Shown in pieces: positions 1-12,795 of a stretch of 64,000 nucleotides of DNA (position 1 is the stretch's first letter; each line of letters starts with the position of its first letter). Made by a program: the position numbers and the translations under genes. Under the pieces are notes generated by a model. The model was not told the DNA's origin. It did no database searches and worked only from the letters and a program-made list of their open reading frames with translations. Location of the stretch: NCBI RefSeq assembly GCF_004010195.1, contig NC_057755.1, forward strand, positions 2,673,804-2,737,803. The letters run 5' to 3'. The DNA is from Chiloscyllium plagiosum (lineage: Eukaryota).

Positions 1-254
1 GGAGCGGTGTAGCTGGGGTCAGAGGTCATGGAGGGTGGGAGGGGAGAGGTGTTGGGGCTGGAGAAGGTTACAGAGATAGGGAGGTGTATAGCAGGGTCAG
101 AGGTCATGAAGGTGGGAGGGGAGGGGTCTTAGGTCTGGAGGAAATTCGAGATTAATCCAGAAGCTCAGGTTCAATTCTTGCCACAGCACATTGCAGAATC
201 TGTCCTGAATATATGCTTGGAATTAAGAATATACTGATGACATTTTCATGGGAC

Positions 255-748
255 ATAGGACATAGAACATTACAGCGCAGTACAGGCCCTTTGGCCCTTG
301 ATGGTGCGCTGACCTGTGAAACCAATCTGAAGCCATGTAACCTACAGTATACCATTTTCATCCATATGTTTATTCAATGTCCATTTAAATACCCTTAAAC
401 TTAGTGAGTCTCCTATTGTTACAGGGAGTACGTTCCACGCCCCTACTACTCTCTGAGTAAAGAAACTACCTCTGACATCTGTCCTATATCTATCACCCCT
501 CAAGTTAAAGTTATGTCATTCGCTCTAGCCATGACCATCTGAGGAAAAAGGCTCTCATTGTCCACCCTATTGGATCCTGTGATTATCTTATATGTCTCAA
601 TTAAGTCACCTCTCAACCTTCTTCCTCATAAGACCTTCCCTCCTTACCAGGCAATGTCCTCGTAAATCTCCTCTGAACACTTTCCAAAGCTTCCACACAC
701 CTCCTATAATACGGTGACCAGAACTGCACAGAATACTCCAAGTGCAGC
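255..748 (-). mobile_element. CR1-type LINE 3' fragment
   Basis: Minus strand encodes a HLEYSVQFWSP-type ORF2 C-terminus and ends in a short CTATGT-type microrepeat tail. Confidence 0.8.
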
Positions 749-1102
749 TGTTAAAGTATAGATTTGAGATGGCCCAGGAAATCCCTTGTTGACTCAACCT
801 GTAAGGCTCTATCTTGGTTCGTCCCCAGAGATCGCACTCTTTGGTGGTCTGGAATAAAAAATAACCTCTTACAAACAATTTAGTTTAATTTTAGTCATCC
901 CCTTTATTTACTAATAGCATTACTGTTCGAACATAACACTGATACCTGTAAGATAAACTAACTGGGTTGAGGCAAATATTCTTAATTGCCTTACTCTCCC
1001 TGCCTGTCTGTTTTCTAATGTGTAGCAAATGTATTGTATAATTCAACATGGCATTTTAGTCTAAATGTTTAAGAACAAGCTTTAAGGCTATAGACATTCT
1101 CA
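749..1102 (-). mobile_element. ERV 3' LTR, partial (left arm), preceded by polypurine tract 1103-1114
   Basis: Minus strand reads AAAAGGATGGAA|TG downstream of the env stop. Homologous to 18505-18718. Distal end uncertain. Confidence 0.65.
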
Positions 1103-1140
1103 TTCCATCCTTTTGACATTTCATGACAACTACATTGCTT

Positions 1141-1347
1141 AGCTGAAAAATGTGTTGCTGGAAAAGCGCAGCAGGTCAGGCAGCATCAAAGGAGCAGGAG
1201 AATTGACATTTCGGGCATAAGCCCTTCTTCTGCTTATGCCCGAAACGTCGATTCTCCTGCTCCTTGGATGCTGCTTGACCTGCTGCGTTTTTCTAGCAAC
1301 ACATTTTTCAGCTCTGATCTCCAGCATCTGCAGTCCTCACTTTCTCT
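1141..1347. mobile_element. Penelope-like element terminal fragment arranged as an inverted pair
   Basis: 1141-1223 and 1232-1313 are inverted copies containing GGGCTTATGCCCGAAAC. Flanked by 14-bp TSD CAACTACAT(T/A)GCTT (1127-1140, 1348-1361). Empty site in right arm at ~18479-18492. Confidence 0.8.
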
Positions 1348-1382
1348 CAACTACATAGCTTATACAAGTGTAATTAGTCCAT

Positions 1383-3163
1383 TTAGTTGATTTGTATTCT
1401 CAATAAGTCAAGTGCATTCCCTGGCGAGTCATCATCCATAGGAGCAGAGTCTGAAAGATACTGGATTTCAGCATGAGAGTTCGCGCATGGAGGTACATGG
1501 GTAGACAAGGGTTGATTAACCAGCTTCCTCTTTGACTTTGGCGAAAAGCAATATACGGTCAATTCATGCATAAGCAGTTGACAATGTATATTCCTAGGAT
1601 GAGATCAAGGACAATCAGTACGTCCCACATGATCCATCCGCACAGCGACTATAGCCAGCAGGTAATACTTCATCCACGTGAATCAGATGGCGACTTGGTA
1701 GCTATCTTCCCTGCGTCTTGGCCCGTTTTGTTGATAACATCTGTGTCGTCCAAAATATCTTCTGAGAAATCATTGATGTAGGTGCAACACCGCGGGCCAA
1801 TGACTGAACAAACACTTCCTTCTTTAGCAAGGAGGACGTCTAGCACGAGCCGATTCTGAAGCATCATCATCCGGGTCTCCTGCAACTCTTTGTTCATCAG
1901 CTTCAAAGCGTGTGCAGTTGAATTGACAATCTTTGAATGTCATATGCAAGGTCACTTATCTGATCTAGGGCCATCTCACCACCCAAGCCAGGAAAAAGAC
2001 CTCCCAGCAACTTGGACCACCAGATTTGTTGATGGAAGAAGTTGTGTAAGTCCTGAATAGTTTTTCCTCTACTTTTTGTTCCGTTTAAAATCTCCTTCAG
2101 GTACCTAATGGTGGATGGTGAAAAGTGGTACGGTGTGTCCTGGGACACAATGTCCGTACCAGTTATTGGGTTAATATGGGTAGTCTTTGCTTTCGCATTG
2201 CCTATTAAGGCTAAAAGGACTGCCAAAGGTGCAGTTCTGTGAGTGAATGTTGAGTCCACTCAGAGCGAGAGCTGAATCTTGTAAACAGTGGGTGCTATCA
2301 AACCAAAGTGAATTAAACCGAATGGGTTTTTCCATCACAAATGAAGGATTGCATAAGTGGGTGAATCATATTTATACACTGTCCATCAGAATGATGGAAG
2401 TGTGAGCAGGTAACACATGAATCGTGGGTTTAGTTTGAATAAAGAAACTATTAGTAACAGAAGGAGAATTGGCAGGGCAGAGTATGTTTGGTCTTTCTTC
2501 ATCTTGAGCTGAAAAATGTATTGCTGGAAAAGTGCAGCAGGTCAGGCAGCATCAAAGGAGCAAGAGAATCGACGTTTCGGGCATAAGCCCTTCTTCATCT
2601 TTCCAGCTTGTTGTGTTTATTACAGCAGCTACTAAATACAGGAAATGTGTCAAGTTATTTCTATCAGTGGTTGTAGGTCAGATAGGAGAGGATTCCATCG
2701 AGAAGGTACAGGTGGGCAGTCTTATGGCAATCGGTGCCTTCGGGTTTGGTGATTTCGGTATTATGTGCTAAATTCTGTTATCTGTACGGTTCATTTTGAG
2801 AGGGGAACAGACAAGCATTTCAAAGTAACAGTTTTCGGTTGACAGAGTGGCTGAGGTTATGGAATTGTGCTATCTTATGATGACTGGCATAGAAGTGTTG
2901 CGAGGATGATAATAAGGTCGAGAGTGATGTTTGGATACACAATGTGAGTAGTTTAAATGAGTTTCAGCTGGGCAGCTGCATTCATGACTTCCGTGGTATT
3001 AGTACAGGTTTCATTTATATCGTCACATTGGGGTTGTCGCCGGTCTGAGATTTCACAGATGGGTTGGTTAGATTTAGGCGCATGTGTTTGGGTTGGTTTT
3101 CATTAGATGCCTGTATCAGTACTATCACTAAGACTGTGAGGGGGCACAAGCTTGCAATATCAT
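1383..3163 (-). pseudogene. env: Endogenous retrovirus env, left copy (gamma-type TM, disrupted)
   Basis: Signal-peptide-like [13 protein letters not shown]-end motif YPY*PNNWYGHCVPG, fusion peptide WWSKLLGGLFPGLGG, ISU LQNRLVLDVLLAKEG, CX6CC (CSVIGPRCC), TM and tail. Several stops and frameshifts. Confidence 0.92.
2506..2590 (-). mobile_element. Penelope-like terminal fragment inserted in left env
   Basis: Same family as 1141-1230. 11-bp TSD TTCTTCATCTT (2495-2505, 2591-2601). Absent from right env (~17299-17310). Confidence 0.8.
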
Positions 3164-4555
3164 TTGTAGACCATGTTGACTGTCCATCTACCTTTACTGC
3201 AGTTTCAGTTGTCAAAAGAACTTGATAAGGTCCTTTCCAGCGGGGACCCAATTTTTCATGATTAAAGTCTCTCTTTCAATAGTACATAGTCAACAGGGTT
3301 AATGTCTTTAAACTTTGGAGCTTTTTCTTGTTCCTTCCCTGGTACTCGATCGGCTTCTTTGACCTGTTAATGATCAGACTGCAATGCTTTGGTCAGCTTA
3401 ATCAGGTACCTGTGCATCTTTTCTGCCAGGACATGTACATCAACAGGTTGTTGGGTAGTTAATGGTGAAGACCAGGGAGTCTTCAGGGCCTTTCCATGTA
3501 TCACATTAGCTGCCGAGAATCCCGTCTTTTTCTGTGTCATGGTTCTCATGTTAACAAGGGCATTTGGGAGTACTTGCAACCAATGAAGGCCCGTTTCTTC
3601 TACCAACCTGTTTAGTTGACCTTTTAAGGTACCATTGACTCTTTCCACAATTCCCGTTGCTTGGGGATGGTTAGCACAATGGAATTTTTGATTCAAATTC
3701 AAAATCTTACATAGTTCCTTGTTTAGCTCCGCACAGAAGTGAGCGCCATTATCGGAAGAGATCGTTACTGGTGTTCCAAATCTAATATGATTTCCCTTAA
3801 CAGAATTTTACAAATAGTTGTTGCAGTCCAGTCAGTACAGGGATAAGTTTCAATCCATTTACTAAATATATCGATTATCACTAAGCAATACTTATAACAA
3901 TGACATCCAGGTAATTCCATAAAATTGAACTGGATAGTATCAAAAGCTGCACTTGGCAAGGGAGTTTCACTTGGTGGAACTTTACTGCTTTCCTGGGATT
4001 ATGCTTCGGACAAATGAGGAAATTTGCACCTGCGTGTTTTGATTTTTCTTGCAGATGGGGATTCCACCAAGTTTGAAGAATTCTGTCCACCATTCCCTCC
4101 TTACCTACATGTGTATGTGGATGAACAGAATAGGCGGAGATGAGTTGGGCAGACATGTCTGTCCTACCGGCATAACCCAAAGCTTATTGGAACTATTTAC
4201 ATAACAACCATGGTTCATCCATCTTTGCCTTTCCTCATCATAGGCATCCCCCTGGTGGGTCCGTAATTGTTCTAGGTCAGGCATGGTCAGGTTGTAAGAA
4301 GAGGAAATAGGAGAGTCTCCTTTTAGTTTCCTGTTGGTCATTTGAGTAACCATGTCTTTTTGCTCAAAAGCTGTTTCCTTAGCAGCTGCATCAGCGGCAT
4401 TGTTGCTTTCAGAGACAACGGAAGCGTCAGAGGAATGAGCATAACATTTAATAATTACCAATTAGGAGGGAAGTTGAATAGCACTGAGGAGATTAGCAAG
4501 ACAGGCAGCATTGAGTATAAGGGTTCCTGATGAGGTAAAGAAGCTGCCTCTGTTG
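3130..4555 (-). pseudogene. pol: ERV pol 3' part: RNase H C-terminus and integrase (left copy)
   Basis: VIIKCYAH...NNAADAAAK (RNase H), HxxxH...CxxC-like zinc finger, IDIFSKWIETYP, ISSDNGAHF, HPQATGIVERVNGTLK (DDE core), [14 protein letters not shown] (GPY/F). Frameshifted. Confidence 0.93.
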
Positions 4556-4702
4556 AGGAGCTGTGGCCAATATTCTCCTGCACAGGTTTTCATAATTAGG
4601 ATACAGACTTACGACTTCTGTTAGTTGTAATTCTCTTCCATCTTATCTAAGGTATCATCCATATTTATCCTACCGATTTTAAATCTCCACAAAACTAATG
4701 GT

Positions 4703-7700
4703 CTACTGGGGACTCGAACCTAATTACAACAAGGGCTTCTAATCTCAAAAAACTAAGGGGCCTCTAAACCCAACTGCTACAGGGGCCTCTAACCCCACAA
4801 AACACAGGGGTCTTTAACCCCAATTTCAGCAGGGGCGTCTGACTCCAGAAAACACAGGGGCCTCTAACGCCACTTACGATAGGGACCTCTAACCCACAAA
4901 GCACAGCGGCATCTAACCCCACATAACACAGGGCCTTCAAACTCCAATTATTACAGTGGTCTATAAACTAAATTACTGCAGGGCACTCTATACCCAATTA
5001 CTACGGGGGCCTCTAACCGCACAAAACACAAGCGGCTACTAAACCCAATTACTACAACGGCCTCTAACCTCAATTATTACAGAGCACTCAAATTCCAATT
5101 ACTACAGGGCACTCTCATCCCAAGTACTAAAGGGCACTCTAATACAATTATTACAGGGCACTCTAACCCCAACTATTACAGACAGCTCTAACCTCCATTA
5201 TGGCAATGGCCTCCAACCCTAATTACAACAGGGGCCTCAAACCCCACAAAGCATAAGGGACTCTAACCCCACTAAACATAAGGGCATCTAACCCCAAATA
5301 CTACACGGGGCTCTATCCTCAATTATTACCAGGGGTCTCAAACCCTACAAAACACAGGGGCCTCTAACCACAATTATAACAGGGGCGTCTCACCCCACAA
5401 AGCACAGGGGCCTCTAACCCCACACAACAAAGCAGCCTCAATCCCCAGTTACTATAGGGGGCTCAAAACCCACAAAACACAGGGGGAGGGGTCCAAAACT
5501 AATTACTACAGGGACATCTAACCCCAATTAATTCAGGGGATTCTAACCACAATTACTACAGGGCACTCTAAATCCACAAAGCACAGGAGTTTTTAAACCA
5601 CAACACACAGGTGCCTCTAACCCCAGTTACTACAGGGGGCTCTAACCCCACAAAACACAGTGGCTCAAGCCGCAATTACTACTGGGGGTTCTAATCTCAA
5701 TTACTACAGGGAATGCTAAACCCAATTACTACAGGGGCAACTAACCCCAACTCCTACAGGGCACTCTAACCCCACAAAGCACAGGGGCCTCTAACCCCAC
5801 AAAACACACCAGCCTCCAACCCCAATTATAACAGGAGCCTAAAACTCGACAAAACATAAGGGATTCTCACCCCACTAAACACAGCGGCCTCAAACCCCAC
5901 AACACACAGATGCCTCGAACCCCAATTATTACAGGGCACTCTAACCCCAATAATACAGCGAGCATAACCTCCATTATAACAGGGACCTCCAACCTCAATT
6001 CGAACAGGAGCCTCAAAACCCACAAAGCATAGGGGTCTCTAACCCTACTAAACACAGGGGCCTCTAACCCCAAATACTACACCGGGCTCTATCCTCAATT
6101 ACTATCAGAAGTCTCAAACCCCACAATACACAGGGGCCTCTCACCACAATTAATACAGGGATGTCTAACCCCACAAAGCACAAGAGAGTCAAACCCGAGT
6201 TACTATAGGGGGCTCAAAACCCACAAAACACAAGGGGGGTCTAAAACCAACTACTACAGGGGCCTCTAACACCATCAAAACACCAAAACAGGAATTGAAC
6301 CCAGGTCTCTAGCACTGTGAGGCATCAGAACTAACCACTGTGCCACCATACTACCAGGGACTGCAACCCGATTTACTACAGGGGCCTCTAACCCCACAAA
6401 GCATACGGGCCTCTAACCCCACAAAGTATAGAGGCCTCTAAACCCAATTACTACAGGGGTGTCTAACCCCGTAAAGCACAGGGGCCTCGAACCCCAAATA
6501 CTACACGGGGATCTATTCTCAATTACTACCTGGCGTCTCAAACCCCACAAAACAGAGGGGCCTCTAACCCCAATTAATACAGGTGCGTCTAACTCCACAA
6601 AGCACAGGGGCCTTCAACCCCAGTTACTTCAGGGCCTCACATACCACAAAACACGGGGGGGGGGGGGGTGTCTAAAACCAATTACTACAGGGGCCTCTGA
6701 CCCCATTTCTTACAGGGGACTGTAACAGTACAAAACACAGGGGCCTCTAACCCCAAATACTACAGGGCACTGTAACCCCACAAAAACAGGGGCCTCTAAT
6801 ACCACAAAACACAGGGGCCTCCAACCCCAATTAATACAGGGGATTCTAACCACAATTACTACAGGGCACTCTAAATCCACAAAGCACAGGAGTTTCTAAA
6901 CCACAACACACAGGAGCCTCTAACCCCAGTTACTATAGGGGGCTGTAACCCCACAAAACACAGCGGCTCAAGCCGCAATTACTACTGGAGGTTCTAAACT
7001 CAATTACAACAGGGGAGTCTAAACCCAATTACTACAGGGGCAACTAACCCCAATTCCTACAGGGCACTCTAACCCCACAAAGCACAGGGGCTTCTAACGC
7101 CACAAAACACACCAGCCTTCAATCCCAATAACAACAGGGGCCTTAAACTCAACAAAACATAGGGGATTCTCACCCCACTAAACACAGCGGCCTCGAACCC
7201 CAATTATTACAGAGCACTCTAACCCCAATTACTACAGCGAGCTCTAACATCCATTATGACAGGGGCCTCCAACCCCAATTACAACAGGGGCCTCAAACCC
7301 CACAAAGCAAAGGTGTCTCTAACCTCACTAAACACAGGGGCGTCAAACCCCACAAAGCATAGGGGTCTCTAACCTCACTAAATATAGGGGCCTCTCACCC
7401 CACATAAAACAGAGTCCCCAAACCCCGCAAAACAGGGGCCTGTAACCCCACAAAAACAGGGGCCTCTAATCCCAAATACTATACGGGGCTCTATCCTCAA
7501 TTACTACAAGAGGTCTCAAACCCCACAAGGCACAGGGGCCTCTAACCCCACAAAATACAAGAGCGACAAACCCCAGTAACTATTGGGGGCTCAAAACCCG
7601 CAAAACACAGTGGGGTCTGAAACCAATTACTAAAGGGGCCTCTGACACCGAGACGAGAATTGAACCCAGGTCTCTGGCCCAGTAAGATAACAGTGCTATC

Positions 7701-10497
7701 GACTGTGCCACCATAAATAGAGGAGATCAAATTTGCTTCATACAGGGCCTCTAACCTCAGGAAATACAGGTGTCACTAATCCCACAAAGCACAGGAGCTC
7801 TAACCCCACAATGCACAGGGGCCACCAATCCCACAAAGCACAAGAGCCTCGAACCCCAAATACTGCACGCGGCTCTATTCTCAATTACTACCGGGAGTCT
7901 CAAACCCCACAAACCACAGGTGCCTTAACCCCAAATACTACATGGGGCTCTATTCTCAACTACTACGAGGGGTCTCAAACCCCCACAAAACACAGGGGCC
8001 GCTAACCCCAATTAATACAGGGGTGTAAACCCCACAAAACACACCAGCCTCCAACCCCAGTTACTAGAGCGGCCTCAAAACCCACAAAACACGGGTGGGG
8101 GGTGTCTAAAACTAATTACTACAGTGGCCTCTGACCCCAGTTATTATAGGGGCCTCAAACACCACAAAACACAGGGGCCTCTAACCCCAATTACTACAGG
8201 ACATCTAACCCCACAAAACACAGGGGCCTCCAACCCTAGTTACTACACGGGATTCTAACCACAATTACGACAGGGGTTTCGAACCCCTATTACTACAGGG
8301 GCCTCTAACCCCAATTACTACAGGGGCCTCTAAAGCCACAAAACATGGGGGCCTCGAATCACACAAAACACAGGGACCTCTAAACCCGGAGGTCTCTAAC
8401 CCCAATTACTACAGGGGCCTTGAAACCCACATAACACACGGCCTCTAACCTCAGTTACTACAAGGGACTCTAATTCCACTAAAAACCAGGGCCTCCAACC
8501 CCAATTAATACAGGGGATTCTAACACAATCACTACAGGGCACTCTAAACCCAAAAACCACAGGAGTCTCTAACCCCATAAAACACAGGGGCCTCTAATTT
8601 GAATTACTACAGGGGGCTCTAAGCTCAGTTGCTATTGGGGCCTCTAACCCCAATTCCTACAGGGGCCTCAAAACCCAAAAACACGGAGGTGGGGGGATCG
8701 GGGATCTAAAACCAATTAGTACATTGGCCTCTAACCCCCTCAAAACGCAGGGGCCTCTGACCCCAATTACTACAGGGGACTCTAACTCCAATCACTACAG
8801 GGCAATCCAACCCCAATTACCACAGAGGCTTCTAATCCCATCAAACACAGTGGCTTCTAACCCCAGTTAAAACAGGGGTCGCTAACCTCAATTACAGCAG
8901 GGACTCGAACCCTAATTACACCAGGGGCTTCAAACCCCCACAAAGCACAGAGGCCTCTACCCCACAAAACACAGAGACCTCTAACTAGGCTTGCTACAGA
9001 GCACTCAAACCGCAATTACGACAGGGGCCTCTAACCCCAGAAAACATAAGGGCCTCTAACCCCATTTACGACAAGGGACTCTAATCCCAATTACTACAGG
9101 AGCGTCTAACCCCACAAAATATAGAGGTGTCTAACCCCACAAAACACAAAGGGGGCTAAAACCAATTATTACAGGGCCTCTAACCTCAATTACTACAGTG
9201 TACTCTAACCCCACAAAACACAGGGGCCTCTGACCGCAATTACTACATGGGACTCTAATTCCATTTACTACAGGGCACTCTAACCCCAATTCCTACAGGG
9301 GCCTCTAATTCCATGAAACATACGTGCCTCTAACCCCAACTATTACAGGGCACTCTAACCCAATTACTACAGCAGCCTCTAACACCACAAAACACAGGGG
9401 ACTCTAACCCCACTAAACACACGGGCCTCCAAACCCAATTAATACAGGGGATTCTAACTCCTATTACTACAGGGGGCCCTAACCCCACAAAACACAGGGG
9501 GCTCAAACTCCAATCCCTACAGGGGCCTCTAAGCCTAATTCCTACAGGGGCCTCTAACCCCAATTACTACAGGAGGCCTCTAACCTCAGGAAACACATGG
9601 GCCTCGAACCCCACAAAACACTGGGGTCTCAAACCCCATAAAACACAGGGCCTCTAAAACCACTTACATCAGGGGCGTCTAACCCGACAAAACATAGAGG
9701 CCTCTAACCCCAAATACTATACGGGGCTCTATCCTCAATTACTACCAGGGGTCTCAAACCCCACAAAACACAGAGGCCTCTAACCCCAATTATACAGGGA
9801 CATCTAACCCCGCAAAGCACAGGGGCTTCAAAACAGAGGGGATGCTAACGCCATAAAACACAGGGGCCTCTAACTCCAATTACTACAAGGGCCTCTAACC
9901 CCACAAAGCACAGTGGCCTCTGTGCCCACAAAACACAAGGGCCTCGAACCAAAATTACTACAGAGCACACTAAACCCAATTCCTACAGGGGGCATATAAT
10001 CCCACAAAACACAGGGCACTCTAACCCCAATTACCACAGGAGTGTCTGACCCCAATTACTAGAGGGGGCACTAAACCCACAAAACACAGTGTCCTCTAAC
10101 CCCATTTACTACAGGGGCCTTTAACCCCACAAAGCATAGGGGCCTTTAACCCCATACCTTAAAGGGGCCTCTAACCCCAGGAAACATAAGGGCCACTAGC
10201 TCCATAAAACACAGAGGCCTCTAACCCCAATTAACACAGGGGGCTCTAACGTCAATTACTACGGGCGGCCTCTAACCCCAAAAAGCACATGGGCCTCTAA
10301 CCACAATTACTACAGGGCACTTTAAAAACAATTAGTACAGGGGCCTATAAAACCACTAAACAAAGGAGCCTCCAACAACAATTAATACAGGGGAATCTAA
10401 CCCCAGTTACTACAGGGCACTTTAACCCCAATTGCAGCAGGGGTCTCTAACCCAATTACTACAGGGGACACTAACCTGAAAAAGCATAGGGGCCTCT
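4703..10497 (+). repeat. ~25-bp minisatellite with two interleaved unit types (GGGGCCTCTAACCCCAATTACTACA / GGGGCCTCTAACCCCACAAAACACA)
   Basis: Directly visible degenerate tandem array of ~5.8 kb running into an assembly gap. Confidence 0.95.
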
Positions 10498-10997
10498 NNN
10501 NNNNNNNNNNNNNNNNNNNNNNNNNNNNNNNNNNNNNNNNNNNNNNNNNNNNNNNNNNNNNNNNNNNNNNNNNNNNNNNNNNNNNNNNNNNNNNNNNNNN
10601 NNNNNNNNNNNNNNNNNNNNNNNNNNNNNNNNNNNNNNNNNNNNNNNNNNNNNNNNNNNNNNNNNNNNNNNNNNNNNNNNNNNNNNNNNNNNNNNNNNNN
10701 NNNNNNNNNNNNNNNNNNNNNNNNNNNNNNNNNNNNNNNNNNNNNNNNNNNNNNNNNNNNNNNNNNNNNNNNNNNNNNNNNNNNNNNNNNNNNNNNNNNN
10801 NNNNNNNNNNNNNNNNNNNNNNNNNNNNNNNNNNNNNNNNNNNNNNNNNNNNNNNNNNNNNNNNNNNNNNNNNNNNNNNNNNNNNNNNNNNNNNNNNNNN
10901 NNNNNNNNNNNNNNNNNNNNNNNNNNNNNNNNNNNNNNNNNNNNNNNNNNNNNNNNNNNNNNNNNNNNNNNNNNNNNNNNNNNNNNNNNNNNNNNNN
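10498..10997. other. Assembly gap (500 N); other gaps at 14392-14446 and 23309-23693
   Basis: Runs of N. Confidence 0.99.
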
Positions 10998-11142
10998 CAC
11001 CATTAGTCCCACAAAGTCACTCAGAGTTTCATTAAGGGTTAAACCGAAGTCAAAACCATATGCCTTTGCCAGTCATCTTACACTAGTCAAAAAAAATGGA
11101 TTCCCATGGTTCTCAAAGTGCAAATTAAATAGATAGCGTCTC

Positions 11143-11440
11143 AGCATGATGGCTCAGTGGTTCACACTACTGCCTCACAGCGGCAGGGACCTGGTTTAAA
11201 TCCTGCCTTGGGGGGCTTTTTGTGAATTTTGCCTATTCTCCTTGTGTCTGCCTTCGTTTGCTACGGTTTTCTCCCATAATCCGCAGATGTGCAAGTTAGG
11301 TGAATTGGCCATACGAGATTTCCTATAGTGTTAGGTGCATTACTCAGAGCGAAATGTGTCTGGGTGGCTAACTCTTCAGATGGTTAGAGTAAGTTGCCTG
11401 GTCTTATGACCTGTTTTGGCATCATCAATAATCTAATCTA
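11143..11440 (+). mobile_element. tRNA-derived SINE
   Basis: A-box-like TGGCTCAGTGG, B-box-like GGTTTAAATCC, (AATCT)n tail. Confidence 0.8.
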
Positions 11441-11461
11441 GCCTAATGAGATGTCTCAGAA

Positions 11462-11790
11462 TTAGAGGAGGCTTGAGATTGCAATTCTCCTTAACCAAAT
11501 CGGCCAACTCCTGGAGGTGTCAGCATCTGGTGCCTCAGGGAAAGCCAGGCTCCTAATGACTAAAAATTCTGTGGGTCCACAAGCTGTCAGGAGAATTACT
11601 TGTTGCTTTTCCTCTACTCCAATGTCATTTCCACAGAAAAAAAAAATTCTTTCCACAGACTGCACTCAATCTTCAGAGGCAGGATTGAACAAGTCAACTT
11701 GCTCAAAAAAACAGCATGATGCCAGAAGTGCTTACCCCAACTCAAAGAGCATTGTTGGGAGAGAGTTTCTTAAGGACGGTGCTTTTCTCT
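11462..11790 (-). mobile_element. Ty3/Gypsy gag N-terminal remnant
   Basis: SVERIFFFCGNDI...VILLTACG...IRSLAFPEAP resembles the N-terminus of fish Gypsy gag. Confidence 0.6.
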
Positions 11791-11865
11791 CATCACCACT
11801 GAAATAACTCCGTCAGCGCCAGTTCTCCAAATGAATAGGACGTGTGGCACCAATGCTCTTTTCTT

Positions 11866-12795
11866 TTTTTACCACCAGGAAGAACGGAAACACCCGAGTG
11901 GCCAGTGACAAGCAGTGCCCTTCACATCAAAGGGCAATGCTGTGTGATCAAACAGTGAAGGGGAGGGCAGGGATTAAATCAAAATAGAGTTGGAGGGGGA
12001 AATAATGCACTCCACTCCCTGTGTCACCCACCTCTCCCTGAACAACTCCAGGATGTCGATGGACACCGCATGCTCCTTTTCCAGAGACACCCGGGCTCTA
12101 ACATAATCGCGGAAGAGGGGCAGGCAGTCGGCCTAACGACCCCCTCCACGGCCCGCTTCCTGGATCTATTTATGGCCACTTTGGCCGGGCTCAGGAGCAG
12201 ACCCACGCGGAGGTCTTCAGACTTGCCCTCCCTCCTCCGTACCGGGTGCCAAAAGATCAGGAGCGTGGGACTGAAGTGCAACCAAAAGCAGAGGAGGAGG
12301 ATTTTGAGAAAATCAAAAAGGTCGTGCAAACACCCACACCCAATATACACGTGGTCCATGGACTCCACAGATCCACTAAAAAAACAGTTGGGCTGGGAGT
12401 CTGTGAACCACCGCAACTGCGGTTGCAGGGGACCACTGTGTGCAGCACCCTCCGCCCCAGATCCCTGAGATAAAGGGGGAGGACTCCCGCGTAGAGAGCC
12501 CTCCACTGGGGGATCCCCACCACCCGGTGGAAAATGGGCACGCCAAGGCTAATGAGGGAGAAGACGTGGACGGTGTGCAGCAGCAGTCGATACAATATCT
12601 GCTTTTTGACGTCCTTAAAACGGACAAAACTAAATTTCTGGAGGCGGCTCAGGTTGTGGGGCACACGCTTCTGCAGGAAGTACGGGACCTTGGGGCCAAT
12701 GTGAAATTCCGTCCGGACAGTGGTGAGCGCACACAGGTTTCCACTGCACAGACACTAATGCTCTTTCTTTCCTCAGAGCAAGCAGAACCTTCCAC
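11866..12795 (-). mobile_element. Tx1/L1-clade non-LTR element 3' fragment (zf-RVT region and 3' UTR)
   Basis: CFFSGSVESMDHVYIGC and LLLSPAKVAINRSR motifs. T-run at the 3' end. The 3' UTR piece recurs at 12940-12992. Confidence 0.75.

Noticed and set aside
4703..10497. CRISPR-like repeat-spacer array or coding ORFs in the satellite
   Set aside because: The variable halves are ~10 bp and of only two recurring types, there are no cas genes, and the context is eukaryotic. The ORFs are repeat translations.
4703..10497. True telomere array
   Set aside because: There is only one TAACCC per 25-bp unit and no (TTAGGG)n run.
11143..11215. tRNA genes (also 16670-16730, 27480-27540, 40450-40510)
   Set aside because: These are tRNA-like heads continuous with SINE bodies and tails.
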